From Hydrolagus colliei (lineage: Eukaryota): a DNA stretch of 64,000 bases. The notes beneath the pieces were generated by a model. It was given only the letters and a program-made list of their open reading frames with translations, was not told where the DNA came from and did no database searches. Location of the stretch: the NCBI GenBank assembly GCA_035084275.1, contig CM068760.1:2728001-2792000 (forward strand), read 5' to 3'. The position numbers were made by a program, and so were the translations under genes. Positions 49,061 through 62,541 of this stretch are shown piece after piece; position 1 is the first letter of the stretch, and every line of letters begins with the position of its first letter.

Positions 49061-52000
49061 ACCTATCCAGACAGATAAAAGCTAATTTATGCATCCAGTT
49101 GCTTGGCATATTGGCTAACTACTCACAAATGAAAATCTGTTTATTTTGTTTGAAGTATTAACAGCACATTATGTTAATACAATAACAGATTGGTTACACT
49201 ATCAGCCAAGAGCCCTACCTAAAATGTAGAAGCCCACTGTTTGAACTATTCCAATAAACCTCTTTTATATGAAGCTGAAATATGGGAAATAAATTGCTGC
49301 CTGGGCATATCTTCTTTTAAAATTAATGCTTCCATTAACCACATGCTAAACTAATGGGACTGGATTGGCCTTTTTACAGATAATCAGCTTTGCAAATAAA
49401 TTTTGATTGCTTTTACAGCTAAATTGTGGTTGTTACTAAGTACATTTTAGTTTTTTTTATCTATACTAAATTATCACTGAAATTACCTTTCCAGACTGGT
49501 TGAAGGATTTGAATCCCAATAGGATAGCTTAAGCATGTCTGGTAAAACAGGACAAGGTCTAGTCTGAGCAGCTGGCAACAATAGCAATGCAGAAAGTCAG
49601 GTGTAAGAATATGCACATCCATTTAAAAAAAGAAGATTCGCAATAGACAGGCTGAATTTCTGCCAATGGGAAATGAATCACCGTCTCTGAATGGGACGAG
49701 TGCTGTGCAAGAGCAGTTTAAAATTCTAAGTATTTTGGCACCGAAACCACAGAAAAATGATTAATGACTTGTCATATTTCCCTTTCACAAAAAGGGTAGG
49801 TTACTGGTAAATAATGAAATATTTAGACGTTTGTATTTTGTTTATTAGGTTGTGTATATAATGTATCTCATTCATATAGTCATATTGCTTGAGTACTAAT
49901 ATAGGTTACTAATACTGGAATAAGATTTAAATTTTTCCATTCTATGATTTCCAGATGTCTGGAGTGTTCTGTGTTTTTTTTACATATAAAAGTTCATATT
50001 TAATTTTAGGGAGTCGAGATATTGATCCTCTTTACTGTTGCATTCCAGTGAATGGTGCCTTTTGAGAGGTAGGAGGATCATAAATCCAACACACAAAAAT
50101 CTTGATCTTGGCCCTAGTGTTTTGGAGGGGAGTAGTAACAGGGAAAAACGCTATATGAAATGCAAGGATTATTATTAAAGGATGGATATAACAGGTATTC
50201 CAGCAGAGTGTGAACAATATGGAGTCATGTGTGAGTAAATTGTGATATGTTCAAATTGTACAATATTCTGTTGATGATAATGTACACCTGATAATGTAAA
50301 TCTGCTGCCAGGGTTGTAAGGAAAGAAATGCTAGCTAGTGTGGTAAATAATGCAGAATTGTATGCAGCTCCAGAGTTAAAGCAGCTGTCTTATCCTGCTA
50401 GTGTTAATCCTGCCATATCGTTTACAGGATTTAATTCAATTTTATGTGAGTGATCTAATTTGTAATTTTGCTGAATTGTACAATTCAGTGCATGTGCATT
50501 GACTTTAGCCTCAGTGTCAAGATTTGATATTCTGCTATGGAACAAGCAGAAACCTGAATTTGCAGGTGTATAAGTGAGGGAAATGAATTAATATACTGTA
50601 TTTAACTCCTGCATTTCACCTTGTGTTGTATTTTATCCACAAGACAGGGATATTTAAGATGAAGAAGAACAGCTATCAAATCCAGTGTGATCATGCTTTT
50701 TGATTGAAAAATAGAATTTTGGGGGAGATTCTGAGGAGGAGGAAGAGAAGTAGTGTGTTTCATGTGGTTTTAACATCTTAGTTTGCACATTGCCCTTGCT
50801 ACTGTATATGATTCAGAGCTTCTTGGAGGGTTAAAGTGAATGAATCACATTGGTTGTGTAGGTAGACAATAGCGCCTAATAGTTGTTTAAAGTCTCCCTG
50901 AGCAGGTCTGCCTTTAAACTGGCATAAATGGCTGCCAGCTCACTGTCATAAACAGTCACTACACTTTATAGTAATTGCCTGCAAAGCACTTTGAGGTGTT
51001 TCATTGTGTTTCAAAACTTGGTCTGATATACTGTTGATCTTTACCTACATACATTTTAGCATGAGTCTTGAGAAAATGGTAAATAACATTGATAACACTT
51101 AGATTTGAAATAATCTTGCCACGCTGTTGATTTCTCAAAGTGCTTTGCAATCTGTACGGCTGTGTGTACGTATTTTGTGGGCAAAGGAAAGCCTCTTAAT
51201 GAAGGAAGTGCATCTTTATTTCTTTGTTTATTGTTTGTACAAGATTATCTTGTTTTACAGACTCAGATTAGACTGCAATAGATATTCTCTTGTAGGCTGG
51301 TAAGCAATGCAAATTATCTACTCGAGTTGGATGTTCTCTAGAAGATTGATGAGCTGTAGTATTGAAAATATTTGCCCAGATGCAAACTACATAACCCAAG
51401 CATTCCAATCTCTTCTGTTGTAAGTTTTTAGTGGGTGTGGAAGCCATTTCTCTACTGTTGAATGAAAAATATTTTGGCTGGTCTTTTTGCATTTTGGAGT
51501 CAATTGCTGAGTTTAATGCAGCTGTAAAAGTCATAACATATGGGGCTGAGTCCGTGCAAACTGACTTGTGTAAGCTGATACCAAGTGGCTTTGAGTCATC
51601 AGGGAAAACTTTAGGAAATGCGAAAACATAAAACCCTAGTTCAGGGAACTCTGTAACATTTAAATTTTGGCATGATGTAACATTCTGAGAGGAAGTGGGA
51701 GGGAGAAAAAAGGAAGTGCCTTGTTTATTGTAGAACAATGATGTGAAGTATGCAACATGGTGTTAAACAGGAGTGTCTAGACACGGCAAATGCAAGCAGA
51801 CTCCAGTTTGATAAGTCAGCTAGTCACATCGACTACATTAGCACAGTCGACTGGAGTCAGCGCTAGATCATAGTAATCGTAATGCATCTTAGACCAAAGA
51901 AAACAAATAAATTACCCCTTCAAGCCTTGGGAGTTTGGCCTGTTTTAGGAATTTAAATATAGTCTTGTATCTCATTGAGCAAAATGAAGACTTCATTTTT

Positions 52001-53217
52001 AGAGAACATGTGCTGGGGCTCTTTTCATTCCCTGTAATGGATTGCACACATAATGTGGGACGTAGTATTTATACTACTCAATAGCAACATGTCAACTTGC
52101 CTGTGTTTTAATGGTTATTGCAATAGCTTGCCTTTATATAGCACCCTTCACATACAGTGATATCTTGCAACATATAATTTGAGTTATTTAAGCCCCAAAA
52201 AAGTGTAGAGGACGAGATGAGCCTACCCAGTTAATTTTTCTCCCTATCTCTTTCCTCTGAATTTGGAGTCCAAATAATGAAGACTGGGATTGGAATTCAA
52301 TTCTGCATGAGGACACCACGGTGCTTTGTGTCTCCCAGCTTCCTTTAAATTGTCCTTTAAATGTGTGCTTTTCTTGCTTTGTCTTTTTTAAATTTGCTTT
52401 TTTAAACACTTGAGTGGCTGTTAGTGAGCCATTGATCTCAATACTTTATGTGGGGGAATGGCTTTATTTTCCAGACACATGAAAAGCTATATGACAAATA
52501 CTTCTCTAAGTGAGGCACCCCTGGGAGTCTTTCAGATGGGCTTCATTTTACACTGATTGGTTTTAAAATGTCTTTTTCAGTTTGTTGTAGCTACAGGTAT
52601 TTGCAAACTGCAGATGTAAACACACAAGAAAATCTGGACGTTGTAGACCCTGACGTTTTCTTACCTCAAATTCCAAAATTGAATCAGTTTGCAAGGGTTA
52701 AAGTACACTAAGTATAAGTTGATTCTAATTTTTTCTAATGTGCATAGTTCTTATCTTTATAAATTGTATGTTTGCCGACTTCATACATGCATACAGGTCC
52801 CATTCAGTTTCTTAGCATTGCTTTGCACAAGTCATATTTTATAAACAAATCATCTCCTAACTTGTATCACTGCTCTCCTATCTTCCTTTACTCCCGCACT
52901 TATCAGCTGCATTGAATCGCGGGAAATTATATCCCGACTCGTCGACATATGTGCACTTACCGGCTGGCTGCACTGAATCTTGGGAAACGTAGCCTTGATC
53001 TATCACAACGCATTGACTGACTGAATTGAATAACTCGTGCTGTGTGGATTATTGATTGAATTGAATTTTATATGATTTATACAAGTTTCCCTGTAATTTG
53101 GACATCAGACAAATCATATTAAATGTTATGATCCTGACTGATGCAATTTATGTGAGTTCTACTATATATTTAACTAGGTTTGTCTTGTAACACTTTTTAT
53201 GAATGCGCTGTGATTTA

Positions 53218-53640
53218 AGACCATAAGAATTAGGAGCAGGAGTAGGCCATTCGGCCCTTCGAGACTGCCCCGCCATTCAATAAGATCATGGCTGATCTTC
53301 TGACCTAACGCTAATTACATGCCCCATCCCCATATCCCCTAATCCCTCTATTTTTTTAAATCTATCAGTCTCAGCCTTGAAAATGTTCAGAGACTGAGCA
53401 TCCACAGCCTTCTGGGGTAGTGAATTCCATAAATTCACTACCCTCTGAGTGAAATGTTTCCTCAACTCTGTTCTAAAAGACTGACCCTTAATTTTAAGAC
53501 TGTGATCCCGGTTATAGATTCTCCTACCAGGGGAAACAGTCCCTCAGTGTCTACTTTATCCATCCCTTTAAGAATCTTACATGTTTCAATAAGAGCCCCC
53601 TAATTCTTCTGTACTCTATGGAGAGTACAGCCCTAGTTTG
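53218..53640 (-). mobile_element. CR1 3' fragment
   Basis: cataagaattaggagcaggagtaggccattcggccc... tail. Similar to the 16610 copy. Confidence 0.85.
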
Positions 53641-55539
53641 GCTGAAGACCTTCCTTAAAATCAGTAAACAGTAGGAGTAGATATTCGACTGAAAATAAAC
53701 TCAAATCTGTATGCAAATTCAACCAAATCCAATGTCAATTTCGTACTAACTGAGCCAGACTCACTTCAGCACTTGGCCCGAGACCCGAGTTCAGTTTGGA
53801 GGCATGTGGCATCTGGCCAACGTAGCAGTGTAAACTGGCAGACAGACTCCACTGCCAAATCACAAATGCTCCAAACAAACGGTCACCTGTGCCCCAAGTG
53901 TTAACACTCTCCTGTAGCCATGCTCCCTCCAGAAGGAATTGTTTGCATTGCTTATCTGATCTACTGTCTTGCTACCTTTTTGTACCTTTATTTTCCATTC
54001 ATTCGCTTACCTAAACCAGGGAATATTAATCAAGAACATTTATTTTGTTGGCCGAGCTTAAAGGTTAGAGCATCACCAGTAATTATGAAATACTGCCTCA
54101 AGATGCTTAAAAACATCTGACAGTATTAAATGGGAAAGCAGGCAATTAAATTCATATACAGATTCAGTTTAATACCAATGTGTAGCCATAAATTAGGTTT
54201 GATATATTCTGTATGATTGGAATACAATGTACATTTTAGGAAATTACTCAGATATTGTGATTATAGATAACAATATAACAATTTATATTTTAGTTTTATT
54301 AAATAGTTAGTAGTCAATGGGGAGAACGCTGTTTTCTAACTACTTTGTTTACTAACAAAAGTACTTTGTTTTGCCAATTCTATACATTTGATAAGTTCTA
54401 ACTGTAAACTCAATGGGATATAACTTAATAGAGGCTAATATGATGGCTTTTGTTTTTAAGTTCTCTTTTATTTACTAGGTTAAGGGATAGTGTGGAACCT
54501 TATGTAATAATTTGGAAGTTAGTCATTTGCTCCAATTTAACATAGTATGGAGTATACAATGGTATTGTGCGCTTCTGTTACTTTCAGTGTGTAATCTATA
54601 AGAAAAGTTATTGCAATTTTCTGTGCATTAATTTAATTGAAGAACTGCACTAAAATTGTTATACTTGTGTGTTCCTGATACTCTATCAGTCTCAGAGTAT
54701 CGGGACACTGAAACTAATAATGTGAATGACCTCTTTCAAGACAAGATATATTTATATAAGATGAGCCACATAGCAGCTTTCACTTTTTCTAACTAAAACC
54801 ACTAAATACGTGTAATCAACTATTCTAAATGACCACAAATGATTCTTTAGCATTTTCTGAGATTGGTGTTTGCAGGAATATTGGGACTTTGTAGACCAAC
54901 TAAAGAGGTGTTTAGAATAGAGTGAATGGCACTGTACTACAAAAGGTTAGAAAACTGGATTGCTGGTAACTCTCTTGTGGGGGGTGGCGTGGGGGGTATG
55001 TAAAGCACTAAAAAAGGTTTCACTGTGTAGGAGCTATAGTGCATTCCTTGTTCAAAGACTGTATACACCACAAATTAGCATTTGTAATTCATTCAGTAAT
55101 GAATCCCCCATCTTAAAGGACATTCTATTTGAGCTTCATTTATTTTTAGAAAAAACATACAAATCAAATGCCAAGAATCTAAACTCCCGCACTTGTGAGG
55201 TTTTGTGAACCGCTTGCAACAAAGATGATGACTTTCCTCCTCCCAATTTCTACCCAGCATGTGCTGAGTTGCCCTGTTGGTCCTTGTATCAATCAGTGAG
55301 ATTTGTTCTGAACTACTGACTGAGTTCTCTTAAGAGATGTCAGTGGAATAGCTCCCTATAGAGAAAGAAATTACTAGAAATGGTTTGTATCCATTGGAAG
55401 GAAATCAAGCCATGACTACAATCTTTTCTAGGGGTTGGTAATTCTTATGTTATATATTTTTGTTTAATGTTACCTGGATGAAAATATTTCCTTAATATTA
55501 ATTTTTATCAGGGTATAGTTATATGGATTTGTAAAGATG

Positions 55540-55720
55540 GGATAGCAATCAGAAAAGGCTATAAAATACAAATGGAATTATAGCTTTCCTTTAAGGGGTA
55601 TTAAATGCAAAAGCAAAGATGCCTTGATAAATGTATACTTACAAGATATTGTCTGGACCTAATTGAATTATCTAACGCTGTGTAGGTAGTTCTGGTGCTC
55701 CATTATAGAAAGAATATCCG
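55540..55720 (+). mobile_element. Degraded CR1 ORF2 C-terminal fragment
   Basis: aggggtattaaatgcaaaagcaaagat...ttctggtgctcccattatagaaag resembles RGIEYKSK...FWSPYYRKD. Confidence 0.5.
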
Positions 55721-55837
55721 AGGGGATGTATTATTTCATGAGGAGATTTTTAGGCATTCAGGTTAGGGTCCTTGTGAGGGACACTATAAGTGCAGGTTGT
55801 ATCTGTAAAAGACCATGCCACAAATGGCTATAAGAAA

Positions 55838-55898
55838 TAAAAATCCTTGCATTTGATATAGCACCTTATCACATCTTCAAGATGTCTCAAAGCGCTAT
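55838..55898 (-). mobile_element. SINE tail fragment
   Basis: aatccttgcatttgatatagcaccttatcacatcttc...tctcaaagcgct. Confidence 0.8.
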
Positions 55899-55956
55899 GC
55901 TAAAATAATAACATTTAAAAGGATTTTTTGAAAAATATTTGAAAAGAGAGAATATT

Positions 55957-56182
55957 GGAGCTCCTGTGGCTCAGTGGTTAGAGCAGTTGTCTTGCAAGCT
56001 GGGGAGACCAAGCTGGGGAGACCTGTTATCAAATCCAGGCGGGTCAAGGCGAAACCTTGGGCAAGTTTCCTTACTCCACACGCCTAATATACAGTCAATT
56101 CACTTTACAGTATATTCTGTGAAACGCTTTGGGATGTTGATAAGATGTGGAAAGCGCTATATCAAATGCAAGGATCATTATT
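55957..56182 (+). mobile_element. SINE with internal duplication and core deletion
   Basis: A box and tail present, aagctggggagacc duplicated, core missing. Confidence 0.85.
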
Positions 56183-59100
56183 TATTTATGAAGTATTGAG
56201 TTGGCAGGGAAGTAGAGGGGAAAAGTGCTAAATACCTTTATCTAATGTGCTGACTTGAGGTTAGAAACTAATAATTTAGGAAATAATAATTGCTTACTTG
56301 CATATTGTCAGATATGTTAGTACACTAATATGTTAGTCGACTGCTTTTCTTTCCTACATCAATGTTTTGGAGGGCGGAGTTTCATAGCGTCCACTGTTGG
56401 AGTTGGAGCATCATTTGTAGATTCTTCGTTTTTCTGCAGACTCAGCCAGTCCTTGAGAGAATCAATACAATCACAAGCCTTAAAAGCAGAGGAAGGGAAA
56501 ATGTATATGTGTGTGTCTGTGTGTTGCACTTGGAACAGCTGCTTTGCTGTGGGATTGGGAGAGGCGAGGGAGCAGGTTCCTGTGACTATTCTGTCAAGAG
56601 TTGTGTAAGTCCATAAAAGGGAAACACAATAAATCCCTTGCATGCATGCACATATCTCACACAAAAAAAAATCTTAGATGAGGGTGACCTCTGATTGAAT
56701 CAGCATTGTTGTATAATTATGTAATTCTTTAGCCATTTAGCGAGTAGATTGCAGCGCTATCATGTTAATTATTAGACTGCATGGTATGCAGTGTTGCAAT
56801 ACTTAATAATAATGCAATAATGTACCACCATACACTCTAGCTGAAGAACGGAGACTAGTATTTTTGTCTGAAGCAGTTTTATTTCAGTCATAAGTGTAAT
56901 TGGAATGCAGTCAGTCTCAGGGGGATGGAAAGGGAATCTGGCAACTAGAGCAATTGAGAGCATTATTCAGATTAGAGTGTAGCCAGCCATTCATTATTAC
57001 TCTGCACATTAGTACAGTGTATCATTGTGTTTCCACAGCTGGGGCTTATTTAAATTGTCCGATTATGTGATCGACTAAAGTAGTGCAGCTGTTATTCAAG
57101 TTCTGAAAATAAGGTTTTTAAGAATGATGATTTTAATCATAAATCTTTACAGACCTATTATTAAAATAATACAAAATTAACCTGAAAATGTTTTTTTTAA
57201 TTATTTTTGAAAGAACTTGGTGGATATCAGTGAAATTTATCAAACCCATGAAGAGGTGAGTCTTAAGTTAGCCCCATTGATGCTGGAATCAGGATGTCGT
57301 TGTACAATTCTATATTTGTATGATTGTTACAAGAAAACATTAGTGAGAAGATGTGCACCATTTGTGGTAACATTTTTTTGGCTTCATACACAATCAAAAT
57401 TATAAATGACACATTGCAACTTTAATTGCTTTTCTGTTGATCTGGTAACATTATCAGAGTCGGCCAATGTCCTGGATTTGTTTAATTGTGCTATATGTAA
57501 TACTGTGCAATAGATGGAGTTAAGCACATTGCTGAGTTCTACAATGCAAAATATAATGATTATGTGGTTTAATCCATCATTTCATGCAGGTGAATTCATA
57601 GCCCATTTCATGACAATTTCATTTATGTTTCACATTTTCTGGTATATGAAATATTTCTCTATAGAGGAATGGAGGAATAACACAAAGCATTTTCACCCTC
57701 AAATTTCTCTTTCTGGTTCTCCAGTGCCACACATTGCCCAGTCAGTAGGCAACCTGTGTTGGGAGTTCTGCTAATTTTGTTCTGATGGGGCACCAGTGAT
57801 AGCAGAGTAGGCTGACCAATGCACCCTAAATTGAAGCAAAGGGTGACAGTTTAGTCCCCTCACTGCCGTCTGTATTTATATTACTTCGGTACTGGAAACA
57901 TTGGGGCCTTTTAATTCCAGTTTGCTTAGTGAGGGGAAAATAAATGTAGGAAATTGTAATGAAATTGTTAGCCTTGTAACTTAAAGAAATGTGTTTGTTA
58001 TGTGATGGTTATAGCACCATTTTTATACCTATCCCAAGAGAGCAATATAAGCAGTTTCTGGGCTGAAGCAGGTGCAGATCGCCCATGGAAATTTCAATGA
58101 TGCCTTAAGCGATATTTTAATTCTGCCCCTGCTTCAGCAACATGTTGGAGGCTTGTGGTGTTAATTGGCGTGTGTTCGTGGAGAGGGGGGAGGGCGAAGA
58201 ATACAGTCAAGTGGTTTGCATTCCGTAGAATTAATTTCATCCCTTGGAGATCAGTGCTGATGTGACTGATCAGGTGAGAGGACACAAAATATACCCCAAA
58301 GTAAAAGCGGTGGAAAAGGATCTGTGCACAATGAATTTTTTCAGTTTGGTGAAACACTGGTGGTAGAATACAGGAGTGATAAGATTGTTGCATTCACACA
58401 CACATCCTTCTCAACGTTTTATTGATCCGTCTATTTACAATTGTCCTGCTTTTGAATTAGGAATTTACCCATTTTGTTTGAATGTTGCACCTGATTTTAA
58501 AACAAAGTGGCCAAAGTACTGGAAACCATTAAATTAACTTACATTGACATTATTTCTGGAGCTAAAATATTATTGTGCTGATACAAAGAAAGCATTTTTG
58601 AACAAAATATTCATTGCCTTTTGTATGTTGGCTAGGATGCTGAGAGACATTCCCTTCTATATTAGAGTAATTCAATGTGGTCCTTAATGTTCACTTGAGC
58701 AGACAAACAAATCCTCAATGTTGAGTTTGTATCCTAACATAAGGCTTGAATCCATAACCTTCTAACTATGACACACCACAATAACATCTTGTGAAGTGAA
58801 ATGTCTTAACATCTTGTTAAGACATTTCAAAGATGCAATAAGGCACGATAATAACTGCAATGATTATAAATGTAGAGTTAACTTATTCCTGAGCAAGTTT
58901 TTAAATTCTGGTTTACAGGAAGGTTCCAATTCTAAGCATTCATTAAAGCAAACCTTTTCACTTATTGTGGGAGTGTTCACCTTGAGAAGCTTCTGTGGTG
59001 TGATTTAGGTGAAGGTTTAACTTAGTCATTTGAAAATGTACTGGATTTTCTGGGTTATTTTTCTTAATTTCCTCAACTTTCTGGCCGAGCAAAAGCCAGG

Positions 59101-62100
59101 TTTATGTATGACCCGGGGCCCTCTGGGATTTTGTTATCCAAGAACATTTTGCTACAGAAATGTTTATGTAATTTGAGTTTCAGTAAAAGGGTTACATAAA
59201 CTGCTAATTACTTTAATTTCCTCCCAATGTGAAAGGCGCTCTATAAATGTAATTTTGTTGTTCCTCTAAATCCCTACATGTTTGCAGTGCCTGCCCCCAA
59301 ACTTCACTCTTTCCAATTTTTGTTGTGCCTTCAAACTTACTCCCCGGTCTGATTTCCCGACCCAATATTCAGGCAAAACTACATGTTGCAACAACAGATT
59401 GCCAAACAGTATTGAAGAGATGGCCAAGGTGGTGCGGTTAGAGATTAATGTTGCTTTTAGGTTTGAAGCCAGTTTTTGACAGCACACCAGGAAAAAGAAG
59501 GCAGTCTACTTTAATGCATGCCCGTGTGATGAGTCGTGTGTGCTTCACAGGTTCTCAACCATAAAAATAAAATAAATAAGAAATAAGAACATAATTATTA
59601 ATTTCTATCATTTTTTATTCTGTTTTGTGTTCCATTTTCAGCTGAAAGAGATGGGCCAGTATCCCAATCTTTAACTGGCTGCTGGAAAGTGTGCGAGGAT
59701 GATTTTCATTGAATTGAATTTCATTGAATTTTCTTTTTGTCCTGTGGGAAATTGCCAGTGCTTGATATTTTCCCGTAAAGCACACCAGGGACTAGGAACT
59801 CACTATAATGGGGAATCCTAGCCTCAAATTTGTGTCCTAATGCTCTGAGGCACAATGCATTAGCAGATCATCCCCCAAATTAGATACACAGACAAGCTTG
59901 ATTTAGTACGCTCAGATTGAATTCGTTTTTGAATGTTTGTCTGCCCACATGAAATAATCTTGCTAAGACATATTTGGTTTTCAAACTGCGAATTCATTTG
60001 AAAATGATTAAATGTGTGGTATAAATTGAAAGTCAAATGAGAGGCTTTTCACTTCTAAGACTGAACAATAACCATCTCACTAATTGTTTCTAGTTTGTTA
60101 GCCAATGAGGCTTGCATCAGATTTTATGTATTGCCTCTTTGCTAACGATGATTTATTATAATGTAAATTTCTGTCTTTGAATAGGACGAATTAAACAAAC
60201 CTTCATGATAGTTGCTGATAGTTTTCAGTTCAAAATACCCTTTGGAGATTGTGATCAAGCGAGTTGGACAAAGCTAAACTTATTTAGATATTTGAACTTT
60301 AACCCTTCAGAATTTAAGGAATTCTAGATTGTTTGCCTAGTGCTCAAAGTGAAGAAATATTTTCCATATTTTTGATAGTCGAAGACCTGTTTAACTAGTG
60401 CAATAAAGCACCGCTCATAAAATTCAGAAGAATGCTATTGTAGCTCATTCTCATTCCAAGGCTCATACTATTGGATTGAATCTTGTGTTCCTTTTAACAC
60501 TTCTTATTAAGAAAAGGAGAGCAACATTCAATTTAGCAATAAATCAGGTCTGATATTTATTTTCTCTATAACTAATTTAACTTCATTATTCTAGCTTTAC
60601 TATACATGGTATATCTTACAAATGTTAAAATGTGTTTAAAATAAACTATGTAGTAGACTACTTTATTAAAAAATTGTCTGGAGTTGAGCTTTTTAAAATA
60701 ATCAATTCAAGTTGTGAGCTTCTGCTGTAGTTTGTGACATCATCATTAAGTTCCTAACTTGATTTACTACCTTGAGTTTGCATGCCAGAAATGTCTATCC
60801 ACATAGTCGGCTGCAGAGTGCTTTGGAATGTTGTTGTCCTATGTCGTATGGGACTGCATCTAATACTATGATGTTAAACATCTGATTTGAAATCTATATG
60901 TCTTCTGCACAACTTTCTAACAATGCAGATTGTATAAAAAATAATTGGAACTTGTTTAATAGTTCCTCGGAAATGTCACCAGGCTTCTTCAATGAACTGC
61001 AAGTGTTTATTGGTACAGAGTTAACACTAGGTAACACATTCAGGGCCCTTGCAAGAATCTATAGAACACTACTTTAAGTGTACTGGGTACAATTGAGATT
61101 GATGTTTGTAATTTGCAGAGGACTATGAGAAAAGTACATATTTTCTGCACTTGGGCATTGTTCATTCATAAATGGCGATACCTCAGATGTATTTTGTATG
61201 GTGTGATTGAAGAGAATTTCTTTCTCTTATCTGGACTGAATTTAAACCTAGATCCCAATATGTAAACGCTGTTTTAATCCTCTGTATTGTCCAAGCCCTT
61301 TTCACCATATTTTATTTGAACACAAGTGGTAAACTGTACCTCATAGAGAATGGAATGCTCTCATTTAATCTCTTGAGGTTTTCAAGAGTTCACCAGTTGA
61401 AACATTGAATTGCAGCATATAGTTATAATCTTATCAGGGTGTTGTTTCACAGAAACTTGAATATGGAAATTGCTTACTTGATGTGGCTAATGTGGGCACT
61501 GGGCCCAACCTAACATTCCACGTATTCAACTAAATTCTACTGTATAAAATGCCACTGCATTTGAATTTATCTGCGGAACTAATCTCAGATTATAGGAAAT
61601 TGAACAATTAATTTAAGGACAATATCGGTAACATGAAACTGGATTGTGAAAGAGAATTAGCAGTGCAACAAAAGATACCAGCAATGATATAAAAGCAATA
61701 GATTCCACATGCATGGTTTCATTTTGGCACTTTTCGTAGTTTTATTTCCTCCCCACATATGCTTTGGAGGAGATATTTGAGATGACTTGTTTCTCAGGGT
61801 TCCACTTGTCTATAATTGTATGCTAGAGGGTGCTGATACTTCTCTGTGTAATTCATTCTAAAATTCTTTTCCATTCTGGACTGCAATCTTGGTGTCCTCC
61901 CATCTTAGCTTCCCTCTGACAGCTCAACTTTAGATCAGGAACATAACATACAACACTTTCTCTTCTTTATTCCTATAACTACATGTTATGAACTTTCTTA
62001 CAGAATCTTACTTCACTACCTGTGAATTGGTCTTTATTTAAATATAAAAGGTTGTTAACTTTCCATAAATCTTTGCAAACGTACAATAAGGGATAACAGA

Positions 62101-62521
62101 ATTATATGTATCACTAGTTGTCATTCAATAGCTTTATTGAGATGTTCTAAAATAAGCCATGCTGTTCAGCTCTGATTCTCCAGAACCTATTTGTGTGTTC
62201 ATGTAATGATGTTGTAATATATGAAAAGCCTGGAAAGGTGCCTAATAACACTGTAAAAATAGCACACAAACAGTGGGAGAGTAAGTCAGATCAGCAGCCA
62301 GGGAACCCAAGCAGTAACACGTGTACTACATAAGGCTGTGTTTGGTTGAGTCATATTTGTTAATAAATTGAGCCTTTTTGGAAAATGGGGATATGAATGG
62401 GGTAAGGGTAGGGGCGAGGGGAGAAGAGGTGGGTGCTCCTGCAGTTTGGAACAATGTTAATTTTTTAACGAAGAATACATTAGGTGAGGAAATAATCCAA
62501 GGCCATTTTTATTTTAGATGT

Positions 62522-62541
62522 GGGGGGGGGGGGGGGGGGGG
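62522..62541. repeat. Poly-G run (20 nt)
   Basis: Direct inspection. Confidence 0.9.

Noticed and set aside
51268-51738. 156-aa minus-strand ORF
   Set aside because: No recognisable domain or convincing splice context. One ORF of this length in 64 kb is plausible by chance.
59642-59720. Strong polypyrimidine acceptor at ~59641
   Set aside because: All frames close quickly, there is no good donor, and the downstream sequence resembles an old SINE fragment.
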